Of a stretch of 42,006 bases of DNA, positions 23,081 through 35,384 are shown piece after piece. The stretch is from NCBI GenBank assembly GCA_003990765.1, contig RBNJ01000096.1, positions 1 to 42,006 of the forward strand, written 5' to 3'. The translations under genes were made by a program, and so were the position numbers. Numbering within the stretch: the first letter of the stretch is position 1; every line of letters begins with the position of its first letter. The stretch is from Jimgerdemannia flammicorona. Lineage: Eukaryota. The notes beneath the pieces were generated by a model. That model did not search any database. It saw only the letters and a program-made list of their open reading frames with translations, and was not told where the DNA came from.

Positions 23081-26000
23081 ATTAGTCATCTTTCTCTGGT
23101 AATATTCAGATTATACAACCTTTTGGCAATACTTACAATATAGTTTTTAGAGAGAAGAGTCTAGCAATATGGTGACCAATGTATATATGTTCTAAGGTGT
23201 GTACTGGGCAGGGTGGCCCTAGTGCATTTGACTGTCTGCTGGTAGGAGGACATGGATGAGAAGAGAGCAGAATTGGAGGGCAGAGATCAGAGAGGACAAG
23301 TTTTATAGATGTGGCAAAGGGAGGACAGCCAGCATCTGGGTTAGAGAGCTGGCTGAGGAAGGGTAAGGAGATGGTAAAGACAACTAGGTAGGAGGGAGTA
23401 GCCCTTGGTAGTAGAAGCAGTAGAGCTAGAGATATAGTGGCTGGGGTGAGTGTGATGGCTGATGGTAATAGGACTACTAATCTGAAAAAAAAATTCAGAT
23501 ATAACTGCTGATAGAGGGGCTGAGAGGATGGGGCTTGAATGGATGAAGGATCTGGCAGATGGTATAATAGGTCTAGTGGTGGCCCCATTACTCAAGAAGT
23601 TGATCTCAGAGTTCATAGTTACTTTGTACTTCCAGGGCTTAGCAGTGATAGTAAAAATGGTGCTGGGGCTGATTGCTAAGCAGGTGGCTGAAGCTGTGTC
23701 TGTAAAGTTCCTGAAGGGATTGGAAGGAGTAGAGGTTAGCTTTGAGGAGACTGGGCCACTGGAGGAAGTGCTGAAGGCTGAGCTGACTGTTAGGGAGGTA
23801 TGTGTTCTGATAGTATGTATGCTGTTTGAGATGGGACCCCAGAGTGGTATAGTTGCTGGTAAAAGGGATGTCCATGGTGACTACTGAGGAGATAAGGAGG
23901 AGAGTTGAGAAAGTCATAGCTGAGTATGAAGAGGTAGTTGATGTTGAGTTCTGGGTCTGGGAGAGGACCTCATTCCAGACTGGGGATATTGATGTTAGAA
24001 TTTAGTTGGCAGGAAAGGAAGCTATCAGGAAGGCTAGGAACTGGCCTTTGGTGATAGTCTGAGGGACTTTCTTGTACAAGATAACAAAGGTGAAGGAGAG
24101 TGAGGAGGAGAAAGAGGATTTTTTAGAGGTATTGAAGGAGCTGAGTGGTACTGTAGAGTGGAGGACAAAGGCTTGAAAGGTGTATATCAAGTTGATACAT
24201 TTAGAAGTGGTAGATGGAAAGAGGATTTGGGTGGATAAGGGGCTGTAGAAAAGGTCTCAAGGATGCAAGAGGTAGAGAGAGCTATTGGTGAATCTGGAAA
24301 GTAAGATAAAGAAGGATACTGGTAGTATTGAAATCATGGGAGGAGCCAAGGAGAGTGTCTGGGTCAGCAATGATAAAGAGAATGCAGGGAAGGGGCTAGA
24401 AGTGAGAAAGGAGGCAAAGGAATATAACCCTTATATAGATGGTACCTTTGAGGTCTGAGAGCCCTCCCCTAACTTCTATACCTCTTATTAGATAAGGTCC
24501 AGCTTCAAGAGGCAGGGTGGCAGAGGATGTGCCTATGCAGAAAGCTTAGCATGTATACTTTGGAGTTCCTGAGATAGTGAAGAGGGGGCAGGTAGTGGCA
24601 GCTGGTGAGAATGAATTGGTGGATGTCTAAGAGAAGGAGTGAGATGAGATTGCAAGTGCAGAAGCTGATATCTCAATACTGGATAGAGGGAGGCTAGTGA
24701 CTTCTGGGGGGAAGGAGGTGGGGAACCTTCTATGGATATGCAAGATAATGAACAACTTTGCAGCAGAGGAGCTGGGGGAGGTAGACCTATGAGTGATGTG
24801 TAAAGAGCATTGGACACATATCCTGCATGATGAGGGAGTAGTGGAGGCACTGAAGGCAGAAATTCTTGCAGTTTACCTAGAGGAGAAAGGGTACAAGATT
24901 GATAAGAAGAGAGAGGCTGAGCTGGTGGTTACTGCTGGTGAGCAGACTGCTTTCTGTTGGATAGAGCAGTATGGGTTGTAGCTTTGGTAGGAGGTCTGCC
25001 TGGAATATCATGAGAACTTTGAGGAGAAGGAGGATGGAGAGCTTACAGAACTACTAGTTGGAATAGAGGCTAAGCAGATTGAAGAGGAGGTAGTGACTAC
25101 TGAATATGATCTAGACTTGGTTCAGGAGGAGGTGAACATAGAGCAGTAGAGGATATACTTGTTATTTCACATTATTTCTTATAAACAGTACAACTAACAT
25201 TTTTTCTTTGAATGTAAATAGACTGTGGGAATTAGTGTAATGACATAATATTTTTACTTAACTGAAGAGATTGGAGACTGATCTCTTTCTTTTGTAGGAT
25301 ATTAGATGTGAGGATGACCAGAATAGTCTGGATTGGACAAAGGAATGAAGAGAGAAGGCAGTATGGAAGAGCAAGGTTGGGATTCTGGTTCAGAGAGGCA
25401 GAGGGAAGGTACATGATATAGAGAGCTGAGGAGATTGACTGGTGGGACAAGTAGAGTTGACCAGGTTGGGAACTGGTTACAGTAAATTCCTGCTACTGTT
25501 CTACTATATGGGGTGAGAGGGTAGAGTAGATGGAAGGGCTTTACAAGAGTGGAGTCCTCATAGAGACCAGAGTGAACATTCTTGGAGGGGAATTTAATAT
25601 GGTCTGGGATGTGCTGATAGATAGGATAGATAGAAGATGGGGGACTGAGGATAGAAGTAGGAGCTTAGTAATGTAAAAGGATATAGAAAGGCTGAGCTCT
25701 CTGGTAGATGCTGAAAGGGAATTCTGAAGAGATAGAAGAGTATACATGTACTGGATAAATGGCCTGGGGATAAGGATTGACTAGGTGCTGATGGCAGACT
25801 GCTAGGGTCTAAATATTTGAAAAGTACTGGAGGCTGAGTAGTGTCCATAGTTAGATCATTGGAGGCTATTGGGATAGGGTCATTTTGGAGGGAGTAGGGA
25901 TGGATCTGAACATTAGTACCTCAACTCCTCTTTATTGGCTGAGAAGGTATTGTGGGATAAGTAGACTGAGGACATTTAGTAGAGAGTGGAGAGCTAGATA

Positions 26001-28883
26001 CAAGAGAGTATCCCTATTGGTGTCCAGTGAGTATGATTGAAAGAGGCTACTAAGGTTTATTGGAGGGAGGCTGACAAAGTAGCAGACAGGCAGAGGAGAA
26101 AGAGAGTAACCTGGGCCTCTGCTAGATTAGCTTGGCTTCTGGAAAATTGGATAGGTCTTTTGACCCTAGAGGGGGTGGAGGACTGGTGGCTGATATAGGC
26201 TAAGTTAGAAGTAGTAGAGTTATAACAGGTATTGAGGGAGGAGGAGGAGTTGTAGGTACAGAGTTTGGCTGTATGATTACATTGGCAAGAGTTGGAGGAG
26301 AGGAAGAGGCTCTCTAAGTATCTTTTCAGGATCCTGTAGGTAAGGAGAGTAAGGCAGAGGTGAGAGGGAGTTCTGAACTCTAATGGGATATTGGTGTAGG
26401 ATTTACAGGACATTTTAGGCTTGCTCAAGGAGAGGTGAAGTAGTTTGTAGAGTGAGGAGGAGAGTGGGACTGAGGCTGCTACCATTGAATATACTTTGGA
26501 AAATTAATACCTACTATACATAGATGGATTGGACAGTTTGGTGATATCAGTATAGGAGGATGAGATTTACCAGATTCTTACCATAACTATGCTGAGCATA
26601 GCACCTGATAAGGATGGTCTGTTCTGGGACTTTTGAAAGAAGATGCTGGGTATCTCTGGAATGCTGGAAGAGATGATAATACTGTGTGACTTAGTAATAC
26701 AGTCAGAGAGGTGAGTGATAAGCAAGATCTGGGGCTGATGGTACTATTTTATAAGAACAAAGATAGAAGAGAGAACTGAAAGAATTGGTGACCTATCATG
26801 CTTCTAGATATAGACAGAAAGTTGATCACTAAGGTAGTAGTAGCAAAAATACAGAAGGTGACCCAGCAAGTCTTGAGTAAGGAATAGTGAGGCTTTATAG
26901 GTGGCTGACTTATCAGAGATGACATGGCTTGGGTGTATGGTATTATTGAAGGGGCTCAAGCTTATAGACTAGATGGGAGATTAGTCTTCCTGGATCAGAA
27001 GAAGGCTTATGATCATGTTTGGTGAGTCTGATTAGTAAAGGTGTTGATAGGATTAGTATCCCTCAGTAGTTCTGAGTAGTAATGATCAGTCTACTGGAAA
27101 GGAGTAGAGCAGTGCTCATATATAATGGGCATTACAGAGTGGTATTTTCTCTGAGTAGAGATATTCTTCAGTGGGATCTACTGTCCTCTATTCTATATAC
27201 TTTATCCTTAGAGCCTCTAATGGACAGGAATTAGCAGAGATTATAGAGCTCTCAGTATTTGGAATTATATAGAAATTCAGAACATTTATAGATGATATAG
27301 TAGTTAGTCTGGGTTTAGTTGCAGATATCATAGAACTCCAGGAAACAGTAGAGTGGTATGAAGTATACTCTGGGGCTAAACTCAACTGATACAAGTGTGA
27401 AATGATAGTATTGGGCAATAGATTGGTGGGAGAGAATATCATTGAAACTATTATCCTAACTGGAGAAGCTGTGAGATACTTGGGCATCTATCTTTTGATG
27501 TATGGGTAAGTTCTGCTATATGCTTGATGGGAGCAGAGAGTGGCTATCTGGAGGGAGACTCTGTAAAGTTAGAGAGGCTATCACTTATCTTTGGCAGGGT
27601 ATGTTTCAATTTTGAATGTCCACTGACTGTCCAAACTGTGGTATTTGATATACTACTTGGATTTTCTGACCTGAGTAGTGAAGTGGTTATTGATATTGAC
27701 CAAAGGGTGGATCTGGGCTAGAAAGAGAATTCAGATTAGTTGGGAAATCTTATTGTTGCCATTGGCTAGAAGAGGTCTAGGGCTGGTGAACTTCCTGAAG
27801 AGGCTGTATTATTTGCAAGTATAGTGACTAAAGAGAGCAGTAGAACTGAGGAGTGGTAGCTGAGTTCCTTTGATGCAGAAGGTCTGAGAGAGAAAGTTCT
27901 CTCTAAGAGACTCTACTGAAGATCTACTGTCCTTGATTGGACTTTCAAACAGTGGGCATATGTGGTATAAGAAATTCTGATAGAGAGTGGCTGATGGGGT
28001 ATACTATATCAGAATTTACTAATAGAGGGCAGAAGGTAAGATATCTTGAAGCTCAGTAATGTGGAGGTAGGATTGAGTACTATTAGGAGGTAACCTCCTA
28101 ATTGACTTTGATATTAGTGATGGAGTTGAGTGCCAGAGGGGGCTAGGATAGGATATTTGGCCTAGCAGATAATAGTTGGTAAGTATTGGTGAAGAGTGAG
28201 ATTGAAATGGGGTTTGGGCATAGTGTGCAGAGGTATAGTAATGGTTGCTATCCAGATACTGGGTGATTTGGTAGTGTATGCTATGGCAGAATATCATGCT
28301 TAACTTTTGCTCTAGTCATCTAATAGAGAGAGGTAACTTTGACTGTAAGAAGTATTATAATATAGGACAAGAAGAGGGGTTTGTACAGATGTCAGAATAT
28401 TAGCTGAGAGAGTGCAAAATACTTAGTGACTTTTGGCTAGCAGTTGGAAATTGATTAGGTGTTGTGAGAAGGGGGGATAGGGAGAGGGGTTAATGGGAGA
28501 ATCTGAGAGATAGATTGGTAAGGGGATTGGCAAGAAGTGACTTACTTTGAACTGGATTTTAGTTATATAGATAGGACTAGTAAGTTACTAGTTGTTTGTT
28601 TTTAAGGAAAAATAGTAGTTGAGATTAGGGGTATAGCTAGTGTGGTTGATGGAGGATGTTTTGATGGGCTGGTGACTGGATTGAGACTTGTAGGAGGATC
28701 AGAGGTATTACTGGTAGAGAAAATTTGTAAGTAGAATAAGGAGAGGGTTGGGGTAGTGAGTGGTAAGGTAGTTTTTAAGTATAAAGATATAAAGAGAGAG
28801 CTACTTAGGGCTAGAGAGATTGAGTAGTGGGAAGGTATATTATATTATACTATTAGATCAGTAATAAATAGCAAAGTCCAAGT

Positions 28884-28925
<42 letters not shown>
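23081..28925 (+). mobile_element. Full-length L1/Tx1-clade LINE, copy 3 (most decayed)
   Basis: Colinear with copy 2 from the 5' UTR (GTCATCTTTCTCTGGTAATATTCAGATTATACAA) to AATAAA...AGTCCAAGTAATTAT and poly(A) at 28890-28925. FLDQKKAYD and VRYLGIYL are still visible. No TSD found. Confidence 0.95.
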
Positions 28926-28929
<4 letters not shown>

Positions 28930-29022
28930 CCATCTTGATCTTTAGTGAGAAATATTATATAATCTAGGTATTCTATATGATGAATCTCCTTAATAAATAT
29001 AGCTTAGCAGAATATATGAAGC

Positions 29023-29376
29023 TAGTACTCTTAATGAATTAAATTAAATTCAATTTAATCTAAATTTAATTTAATTCAATTAAATCAAAGGTCTAATTCA
29101 ATTCAATTTAAATTGAATTAAAGACTAATTTAATTTAAGATCCAATTTAAACCCTATTTTTCAAAATATAATAACTTGACAAATATATATCTAAATTTAA
29201 TAATCTTTAGCTTATTAGATTTCTCTTATATAGAAGGATCTAACAAGCTAAAGATTATTAAATTTGAATATATATTTGTTAAGTTATTATATTTTGAAAA
29301 ATAGAATTTAAATTTGATTTGATTTGAACTTGATTTGAATTGAAAAATCCCCAATTCAATTTATTTAAGAGTATTA
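29023..29376. mobile_element. hAT-type MITE, intact, 354 bp
   Basis: TIRs TAGTACTCTTAATGAATT / AATTTATTTAAGAGTATTA. 8-bp TSD TATGAAGC (29015-29022) / TATAAAGC (29377-29384). Central inverted repeat with ~68-bp arms. Confidence 0.88.
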
Positions 29377-29615
29377 TATAAAGCTATAAGTACTGATTCA
29401 AGATTATGATATTGTAAATAATTACTGAGTATTATATAAGATTATATTTACATTATTGAATTTACAAATAAAGCTCATAATGCATACTATAATGGCTCAT
29501 GAGACATGAGAGACTCTATGTAATTATCATATATAAGTATCTATATTGAATCAATTTCATCTGAAATCTCAGCTATTCAATCTATAAATAAAATTTGAGG
29601 AGAATATCTGTGAAT

Positions 29616-29964
29616 TAGTACTTATAAACAAATCAAATCAATTCAAATTGAATTGAATTGAGAGTCATTTAAATCAAATCAAATTGGGGATTTTTTAATT
29701 CAAATCAAGTTTGAATCAAATCAAATTTAAATTAAATTAAGGATCTAATTTAAACCCTATTTTTCAAAATACAATAACTCAACAAATATATGTCCAAATT
29801 CAATAATATTTAGCTTGTTAGATTCCCCTATATAAGATAAATCTAACAAGCTAAAGATCATTGAATTTAGATGTGTATTTATTGAGATATTATATTTTGA
29901 AAAATAGAGTTTAAATTAGACCTCAAATTAAATTAGTCTTTGATTCAATTCATTAGAAGCACTA
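29616..29964. mobile_element. hAT-type MITE, intact, 349 bp
   Basis: TIRs TAGTACTTATAAAC / ATTCATTAGAAGCACTA. 8-bp TSD CTGTGAAT (29608-29615) / CTGTAAAT (29965-29972). Same central hairpin and AATT(C/G)-type pentamer arrays. Confidence 0.88.
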
Positions 29965-30327
29965 CTGTAAATATATCAGTTATATTAATGATTTGATGAA
30001 TCAAGTAAATTCTCTCAGTATGTCTGCAGATTACATTAGCAATAATGATAAGATTATAGTACTTACAAGAAGACTTTTAAATATATATAATATTATTATT
30101 ACAGCTATATATAAGAGCAGCAGACTTATAGACTATATCTACAAAATAATGAGTCTCATAAATGAGAAAATATACTAAGGAAATAGTAGTGACAATAATG
30201 AAAATATCTTCTATAGATCCTGTAGATATAGTGTTAAATAAGATCAAAAGTATAGGTAATAAGATCAATAAACTCAAATCCAAAATCAATATAATAATAG
30301 CCAATTAATCAAGTATAATAATCAATT

Positions 30328-30583
30328 CTCTTTTCTCTGCTACCTTACTGATTACAATAATTTGGTAGACAATCTTCTGAGTCTACTTTTCACAACTAAT
30401 ACTCTCTCTACTTTAAATTGGTTTGCTGTATCTATTGTAGAGTAGTGGGAGAGAGGTAATGATAATGAGTTATCCCTTTATCAGTATCAGATTAGTGTCT
30501 TTTCTACTTTTTTGCAGTTTCTGATACCTTTAGCTATATCTAGGGTATACTTGTTTTAATATAGTACCTTCTTTCTTTTGTTA
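30328..30583 (+). mobile_element. 5' fragment (copy B) of the ~1.2 kb poly(A) element
   Basis: Aligns with 31920-32172 and with the reverse complement of ~16230-16481. Confidence 0.85.
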
Positions 30584-30619
30584 TTATAAATAAAGTAATA
30601 TAGTATTACTCTTACTATG

Positions 30620-31170
30620 ATAATTTACATTAGGGTATTATTAAGAAAATTTTCAGATATTTAAAAAGATCAGCATACTATATATATACTTATTTATATT
30701 GAGTAGTGGCAATATTGAATTAAGTAAGAGTAATAATAAGAGAAATAGAATCTGGTTATCTAATATATATAATACTAATTAGATAGATAATTTAGATAAC
30801 TACTGATCTATGATCAGATATCTCTTCTATATCAATGAAAGTAATAACAAAAGAGTCATTTTATAGTAAATGTACAAGCAATTATCTGTGGCAATATTAT
30901 CAATATAGGCAGAGTATTAGATATTATCAAGTGTGATAAAGAAAGCCATTTGGCTTTACAAACTATTAAAAGAACTTGAATTCACTCAAAAATAAAATAC
31001 TATACTATGTTAGAATAACTAGTTTATAATTATACTTATCAAAAATCTGATATATTATAGTAGAATAAAACATATTAATATATCTCCACAGAGTATATAA
31101 TTACCAATTTACTTATAAAAGTCCTTTTAAAGTCAAAGTTTAAGCAATATATTAAAGAAATAAGTCTTAT
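30620..31170 (+). mobile_element. Ty1/copia RT-end/RNase H relic
   Basis: Translates KQLSVAILSI*AEY*ILSSVIKKAIWLYKLLKELEF and KNLIYYSRIKHINI, matching copia RNase H motifs KQxxVAxSSxEAEY...EAIWL..LL.EL and NPxxHxRTKHIDI. Confidence 0.88.
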
Positions 31171-31601
31171 GAGCAATATGTCAGTATTTGATTAATTACA
31201 GAATACTTTTCAGACTATTAAAAGTCTCTTATATTATATATATATATTTTATATCTATATTGGTTATATTCCTTATCTATAAGTAAATTATATAGATTAT
31301 ATATATTATATTTTTTATAAGTATTTCAGATATTTTAGATATTTTGGAATACTTTTTAACTTATGAAAATTCCTTAGATATAGAATTTTATAACAGTTCT
31401 TTAGATTATATATAGTTCTAGTTTTTTATATATATATTATACTATTTCATTAGTTTTATATTATTTATCAGTAATGCATAAAATATAACTTTAATAAAAT
31501 TATCTCTTTTTATAATAAGTACAATATTTCTATTTGATAATAATATTTCAAAAGTAATATTTAGACTTAATTTCAGTATTAAGTAATTAGAACTTAGTAA
31601 C

Positions 31602-33082
31602 TATAATAAAACTATATACTAATAAAATTAATATATTATAGATAATTAAGAAAACTATTAACTTTAAGTTCTAAGTTCTTATAAGAAAGTGCTAAGTTCT
31701 AATTATTTATTATAGCAGTATAGTCTAAGTATTACTTTTAGATTCTTATGCTAATAATAGTACTGTACTTATATCTCAAATTAATTAGTCTCAAAATTAT
31801 TAATAAGTCAGATCTAAGAGTTCTTTAATAAGAATACTACTTTATTCTTATAGTTAGAAAAAATGAAGCTAAGGTTATAATATACTTATATAGAGAGTAT
31901 TTATATATGGTCTGGACCACCTCTTTCTCTACTATCTTACTAGTCACAATGGTTGATAGACAATCTTCTGAGTCTACTTTTCACAATTATTATTCCCTCT
32001 ATCTCGGATTGGTTTGCTATATCTATTGCAGAGCAGTAGGAGGGAGGTAATGGTGATAAGTTACCCCTTTATCAGTGTCCAATTGGTGTCTTCTCCACTT
32101 TTTCGCAGTTTCTGATATCTTTAGTTGTATCTGAAGTATATCTGTTTTGATACAGTACCTTCTTTCTTTTGCTGTCACCAACAAGATACTGTCTTGGTAT
32201 ATCTTGGACTATATAGGAAGTCAGCTGACCTTGGGTATCAAGTGCTCAGTATAGGTTACCTGCAGGTTCTTGGTGTCTGTGGTAGAGCCCTCTGGCTTTA
32301 TCAAGCTTCCTGGTGAGCATAATTCTGATATAGGTGACTGCTTTTTGGATATTGTTAAGATAAGAGGAAAGATGGCCATCACAGATAAGAGAAAGGATGA
32401 TAATGGTGAACCAGTAGGGTGCTAGACTAGGGGCAGTCATCAGGGCTGGGGCTTGTACTGCTTCGGTAGGACCTTTTAATTGATACAGTGTAGTTAGATG
32501 ATAGGTATCACTCTCAGCTTCTTTTGGCAGTTTGGCAGATTGGGCCCTGGTCATCAGGGGGGGTCAGAGGGCCCAAAACTACTCATTTTAGATATCTTGA
32601 CTATACTTAACTGGAACTGAGAGCTGATATGGTAATATGATTGAGGCCTATAGGCTTGAGTAGTAGAGTATTGGAGGTCTCCTCTCACCTCATGTATAAG
32701 TCCTTTACTTATCTTAACTGGGAGAACCAGGTTCTATCTACTGTGTTGTGCTTTGATGAGGGTTTTCTTTACCTGTTACATATTCTCTTTGGGGTGGTAG
32801 GAGCTATTCTATTTAGCTTGAGTATGGCCTTATATATATATTGGGTTCTTGGGTACATATATGCTTTTGATCATTGGCATATGGCTGAGTTTTCTCTAGT
32901 AGTAGGAAGAGTATAGTGTGCAGAATGAGATATGGGCCAATATAGATCTTACTGCACCTGGTATAATCAAGCTACTGGATAATAGCTAGTCTAGATTAAT
33001 GAGAGGACAGTGCTTGATGGGTGGTGGGGGAGGGTTTTGGCCTATATAGTCTAGGTTTCCTTTATCTACGAAACATTGAGTC

Positions 33083-33138
<56 letters not shown>

Positions 33139-33349
33139 TATTTATATAGATTTTGAGGTTATATATATATAACTAAAGATAGTATATTGAGTATATCTAT
33201 ATATAGTTATACTATATATAGTATTTATATCTGCTTATTGAAAATTCCATTGAAATTTCCATTAGAATTTTTAGTAGCTTATTGATATATTTTATAACTA
33301 TTTATTGGAGATTTCCAGTAGTTTTATTAATATATAATAAACTATTATA
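31602..33349 (-). repeat. LTR-like repeat family c (~520 bp net), interrupted by the 1.2-kb element; an inverted partial copy follows at ~33375-33482
   Basis: Aligns with 5863-6289. Short terminal inverted ends TATAATAAA...TATTATA. 33375-33482 is the reverse complement of ~31602-31700. Confidence 0.65.
31908..33134 (+). mobile_element. ~1.2 kb poly(A)-tailed non-autonomous retroelement, copy C (uninterrupted)
   Basis: Perfect 14-bp TSD AGAGTATTTATATA (31894-31907, 33135-33148). ~48-nt poly(A). The empty target site is seen in the paralog at ~6105-6125. Confidence 0.92.
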
Positions 33350-33974
33350 GTAATCTTTGTATAGATTTAGTTAATAAGAATCAATACTTTCTTACAGAAC
33401 TCAGAACTTAAGATTAATAGTCTATAATAGATTATATATATATCTATAATATGTTAATTCTACCAATATATAGTTTATTATAATTAATTATATATTAATA
33501 AAAATCTAAAAATATACTTTAAAATTAATATATTGTAATATATATTAACTTCTTAAGTAATAAAGTAAATCTGAAATATAAAGTTTAAAATAGTAATATT
33601 ATCTTTTAATAATTAATATATTCTCTAAACTATATTCTTCTTATAGTTAAAATAATATTTTCAAAGATCTTATCCTTATATAACACTTATAAGTCTTAAA
33701 AAACTTATTCAAATTGATATTATTATTATTATTATTATGAGAAACTACTAATATAGCTTGACATTTCCACTGTCTCATCTATATCAGTTATATAAGTAAA
33801 TTCTCTTCTTTGTATCTATCAACAAGATTGAGCTCTCCACCACTATATATATAATAAGATTCTCAAACTGGAAAATCTGGAGAACCACGTTGACAGACCT
33901 ACTAGGACCTCTTATAGTAGCCACGTCTCCTCTCTTACTTGATAATACTCTTGATCACAGTGAGGTAGAGCAGC

Positions 33975-34521
33975 TGAGAGGACGTTGGGGTGATCACGCC
34001 GTTCCGCGAGCAGGTGAAGCGCGTGAGGGCGATGCTACGCGCGGTCGGGCTCAATACCATGGATTTGGGGGCGGTGAAGGATAGGAGCGGCGAGTAGTGG
34101 TGGTGTCGATGGTGCGGAGTCGGGGCGGGTCAGTTTTGTACGAACTCGGCATCGGACTGACCGGGTTCCCCAAACGGTTTAACGTGGCCACGACGAGGGC
34201 CCAGGCGCTCGTCGTCACTCGGATCTGTTGGTATGCGAGGACCTGTGCTGGAGCATCGGGGGAGACGCCATTGCGGAGGGAACGGGTGCTGAGGGAGGGG
34301 GAAGGAAAGTTGAGAGGCTGGAAAGAGGGAAGGTGTATGGGAGGTTTTGGTTGGGGAACGCGGACGAAATGGATAAGAGTGAGAAGTTAACTATAGGACC
34401 GTGGGAGGATGTGGAAAATGGAGATGATCTGGGTGAGGTCGAGGAGGTAGAAGAGGCCGAGGTGAAGGGGAGAGGGCGTGAGGATGGCCAAATGGATTTG
34501 AATCGATCAGATCAACAGTGA
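33975..34521 (+). pseudogene. C-terminal fragment of a Upf1-like SF1 RNA helicase (MOV10/SDE3/Armitage-like), 5'-truncated and frameshifted
   Basis: EDVGVITPFREQVKRVRAML, ERRVVVVSMVRS and GFPKRFNVATTRAQALVV are AAA_12 motifs spread over three reading frames. The FQG and GNP motifs are deleted and there is no upstream helicase domain. Confidence 0.85.
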
Positions 34522-35384
34522 ATGGACAGTAGACAGCAGGGAACTTTTTTTTTTTTTTTTTTTTTTATTGTAAATATAGCGGCGGGGTGGTTTTTGCGTT
34601 TTGCGGAACATTTTGACACCTGCTCGCTTTAATCAAATGACGTGTCTTATTCTTCTATTCGTACTGTGAAATGTGGGACATTGACCAGATCACTATTATT
34701 ATTGTATATACGAGATGGAAGATCATCTGAAAGATTTGACAGTCGAAAAGGGAGAATCCGATTATATGCTATGCGGACTTTTGGGATGGTTGGTTAGCGC
34801 CAATCTTCAATGCGGTCAAATTAATGACTGTAATCCGCGCCGTGAGGTCTGCAGGTCGTTGCGTTTGAAACTAAACTAGGATACTGGGTTTCCAAACAAA
34901 TAGATGTTCCGTTCCATGTTTGTACAACAGATGATGTCAGCTGATACCCTTATGTAAGGACACAAAGCCTGTTAAGTCGTTAAGCCTACAGAGAATGGTA
35001 ACTTGGCTCAATCGCTGTTTATCACTTCCTTCACACATGCGTTCTTTTCCGTTATGACCACCATTGAGATAATCATATCCCAGAAATGAATGTAAGCAAA
35101 CAATCAAGTGTCAGAGTTGTGGTGCTTTCCTTTTCCTGCTCTTCTTATCTCTGCTTTCTTTTCCTGTCCTATCTTAGAAACCCTGACCCCCGAATGTTCT
35201 AGGCAATCCCCATCGCAGACTAGACCCGAGATTAAACTTGCTACAGTTTGAAGGAAACGAGTGACGTCACACATAAGCACATTCCTACCGTCAATAAACA
35301 ATTATTAATATATCACAATGCATATACATTTGGTGGTGTGAAAAGAGCATACCGTCTCTATCCCTTTATCTGGTTTACACCTAT

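Larger units (their letters stand above)
28926..30325 (+). mobile_element. Ty1/copia gag relic (UBN2-type), interrupted by two MITEs
   Basis: ORF 29993-30178 NQVNSL...ISNNDKIIVLTRRLLNIYNIIITAI...SLINEK reverts by transitions to ISDDDKIxVLTRGLPxxYDxIxTAI...LIDEE, a copia gag pattern. A copia RNase H lies downstream on the same strand. Confidence 0.6.

Noticed and set aside
31602-33482. ~100-bp terminal inverted repeats suggesting a foldback/MITE or DIRS element
   Set aside because: The paralog at 5863-6289 ends at the position matching 33349 and has a PPT-like tract beside it, so 33375-33482 is better read as a separate inverted LTR fragment. No TSD supports a TIR element. Not fully excluded.
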